Part shown: one piece after another, positions 63,618 through 64,000 of the stretch
Position numbering within the stretch: the first letter of the stretch is position 1
How the letters are laid out: each line of letters starts with the position of its first letter
NCBI GenBank assembly: GCA_963676615.1
Contig: OY781092.1
Coordinates: forward strand, 1,184,001-1,248,000
Reading direction: 5' to 3'
Source: Candidatus Cloacimonadota bacterium
Lineage (GTDB): Bacteria > Cloacimonadota > Cloacimonadia > G963667145
DNA length: 64,000 nucleotides
Notes under the pieces: generated by a model
The model's input: only the letters and a program-made list of their open reading frames with translations
Databases searched by the model: none
What the model was told of the DNA's origin: nothing
Program-made: the position numbers and the translations under genes

Positions 63618-64000
63618 TTATTCGGCTTTTTTGCCTTGTTTAATCTTGACATATTCGTCTTTATATCGCACGCCTTTGCCTTTGTAATTCTCTGGCGGCT
63701 TTATCTTGCGAATTTGATCTGCAAACTTGCCAACCTCTTCTTTGTCAATGCCCGAGATTTTTACCTCGACATTCACAGCAAGAGCTTGTTTGCCTTCTGG
63801 TGTTGCAGCCTCAACACTAAGGTGCGCAGGCACTTCCACGATCACCTCGTGAGAAAAACCAAGATTGCATCTGAGCCACTTGCCTTGCATTTTTGCGTTA
63901 AAACCAGTTCCGATAAACTGCAAAGTTTTGCTCCAGCCAGTGCTGACTCCGATTACCATATTGTTCAAAAGAGCTCTGGTCATTCCGTGGATAGCGCGCA
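63618..64000 (-). CDS. rplF: 50S ribosomal protein L6 (5'-truncated by the window edge)
   Basis: RAIHGMTRALL.NM, LGFSH, PENYKGKGVRY. Confidence 0.97.
   Translation of the reverse strand, partial: RAIHGMTRALLNNMVIGVSTGWSKTLQFIGTGFNAKMQGKWLRCNLGFSHEVIVEVPAHLSVEAATPEGKQALAVNVEVKISGIDKEEVGKFADQIRKIKPPENYKGKGVRYKDEYVKIKQGKKAE

Overview
Bacterial chromosomal window, mostly housekeeping and transport genes, probably from an anaerobic diderm. Cloacimonadota is my tentative guess from the 16S sequence and gene content; it was not checked. Left to right: a NifX-like gene and a Na+/solute symporter; an agmatine deiminase cluster (ptcA-aguA-aguD-lrp, no carbamate kinase) behind a SAM-methyltransferase/Ddl-like ATP-grasp fusion; an AT-rich FRG-domain gene pair; a complete minus-strand rRNA operon (16S-tRNA-Ile-tRNA-Ala-23S-5S); an AAA ATPase; a MarR-flavin reductase-nitroreductase unit; tag and uvrA; a partial amino-acid ABC transporter; an AT-rich HEPN-like orphan; lolC/E and a pdxA-methyltransferase fusion; yhaM-yycJ-lolD-tamB-like-comEC; a TRAP transporter; an intact IS256 inserted in the csaA ribosome-binding site; an OpuA/ProU transporter; nfo-ispF-pyrimidine-dimer glycosylase; a MarR-led ABC/redox operon; mgtE; and the distal spc/alpha ribosomal operon (rplF to rplQ). 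Best candidates for new biology: (1) a MarR-led operon joining an ABC importer resembling the EgtU ergothioneine transporter to an FMN-split-barrel/ferredoxin protein and an MDR oxidoreductase; (2) a 42-codon four-helix-bundle gene remnant bracketed by complementary heptamer arrays inside the rRNA spacer between the two tRNAs; (3) the methyltransferase-ATP-grasp fusion beside the agmatine pathway. All family assignments are by eye from motifs; no searches were run.
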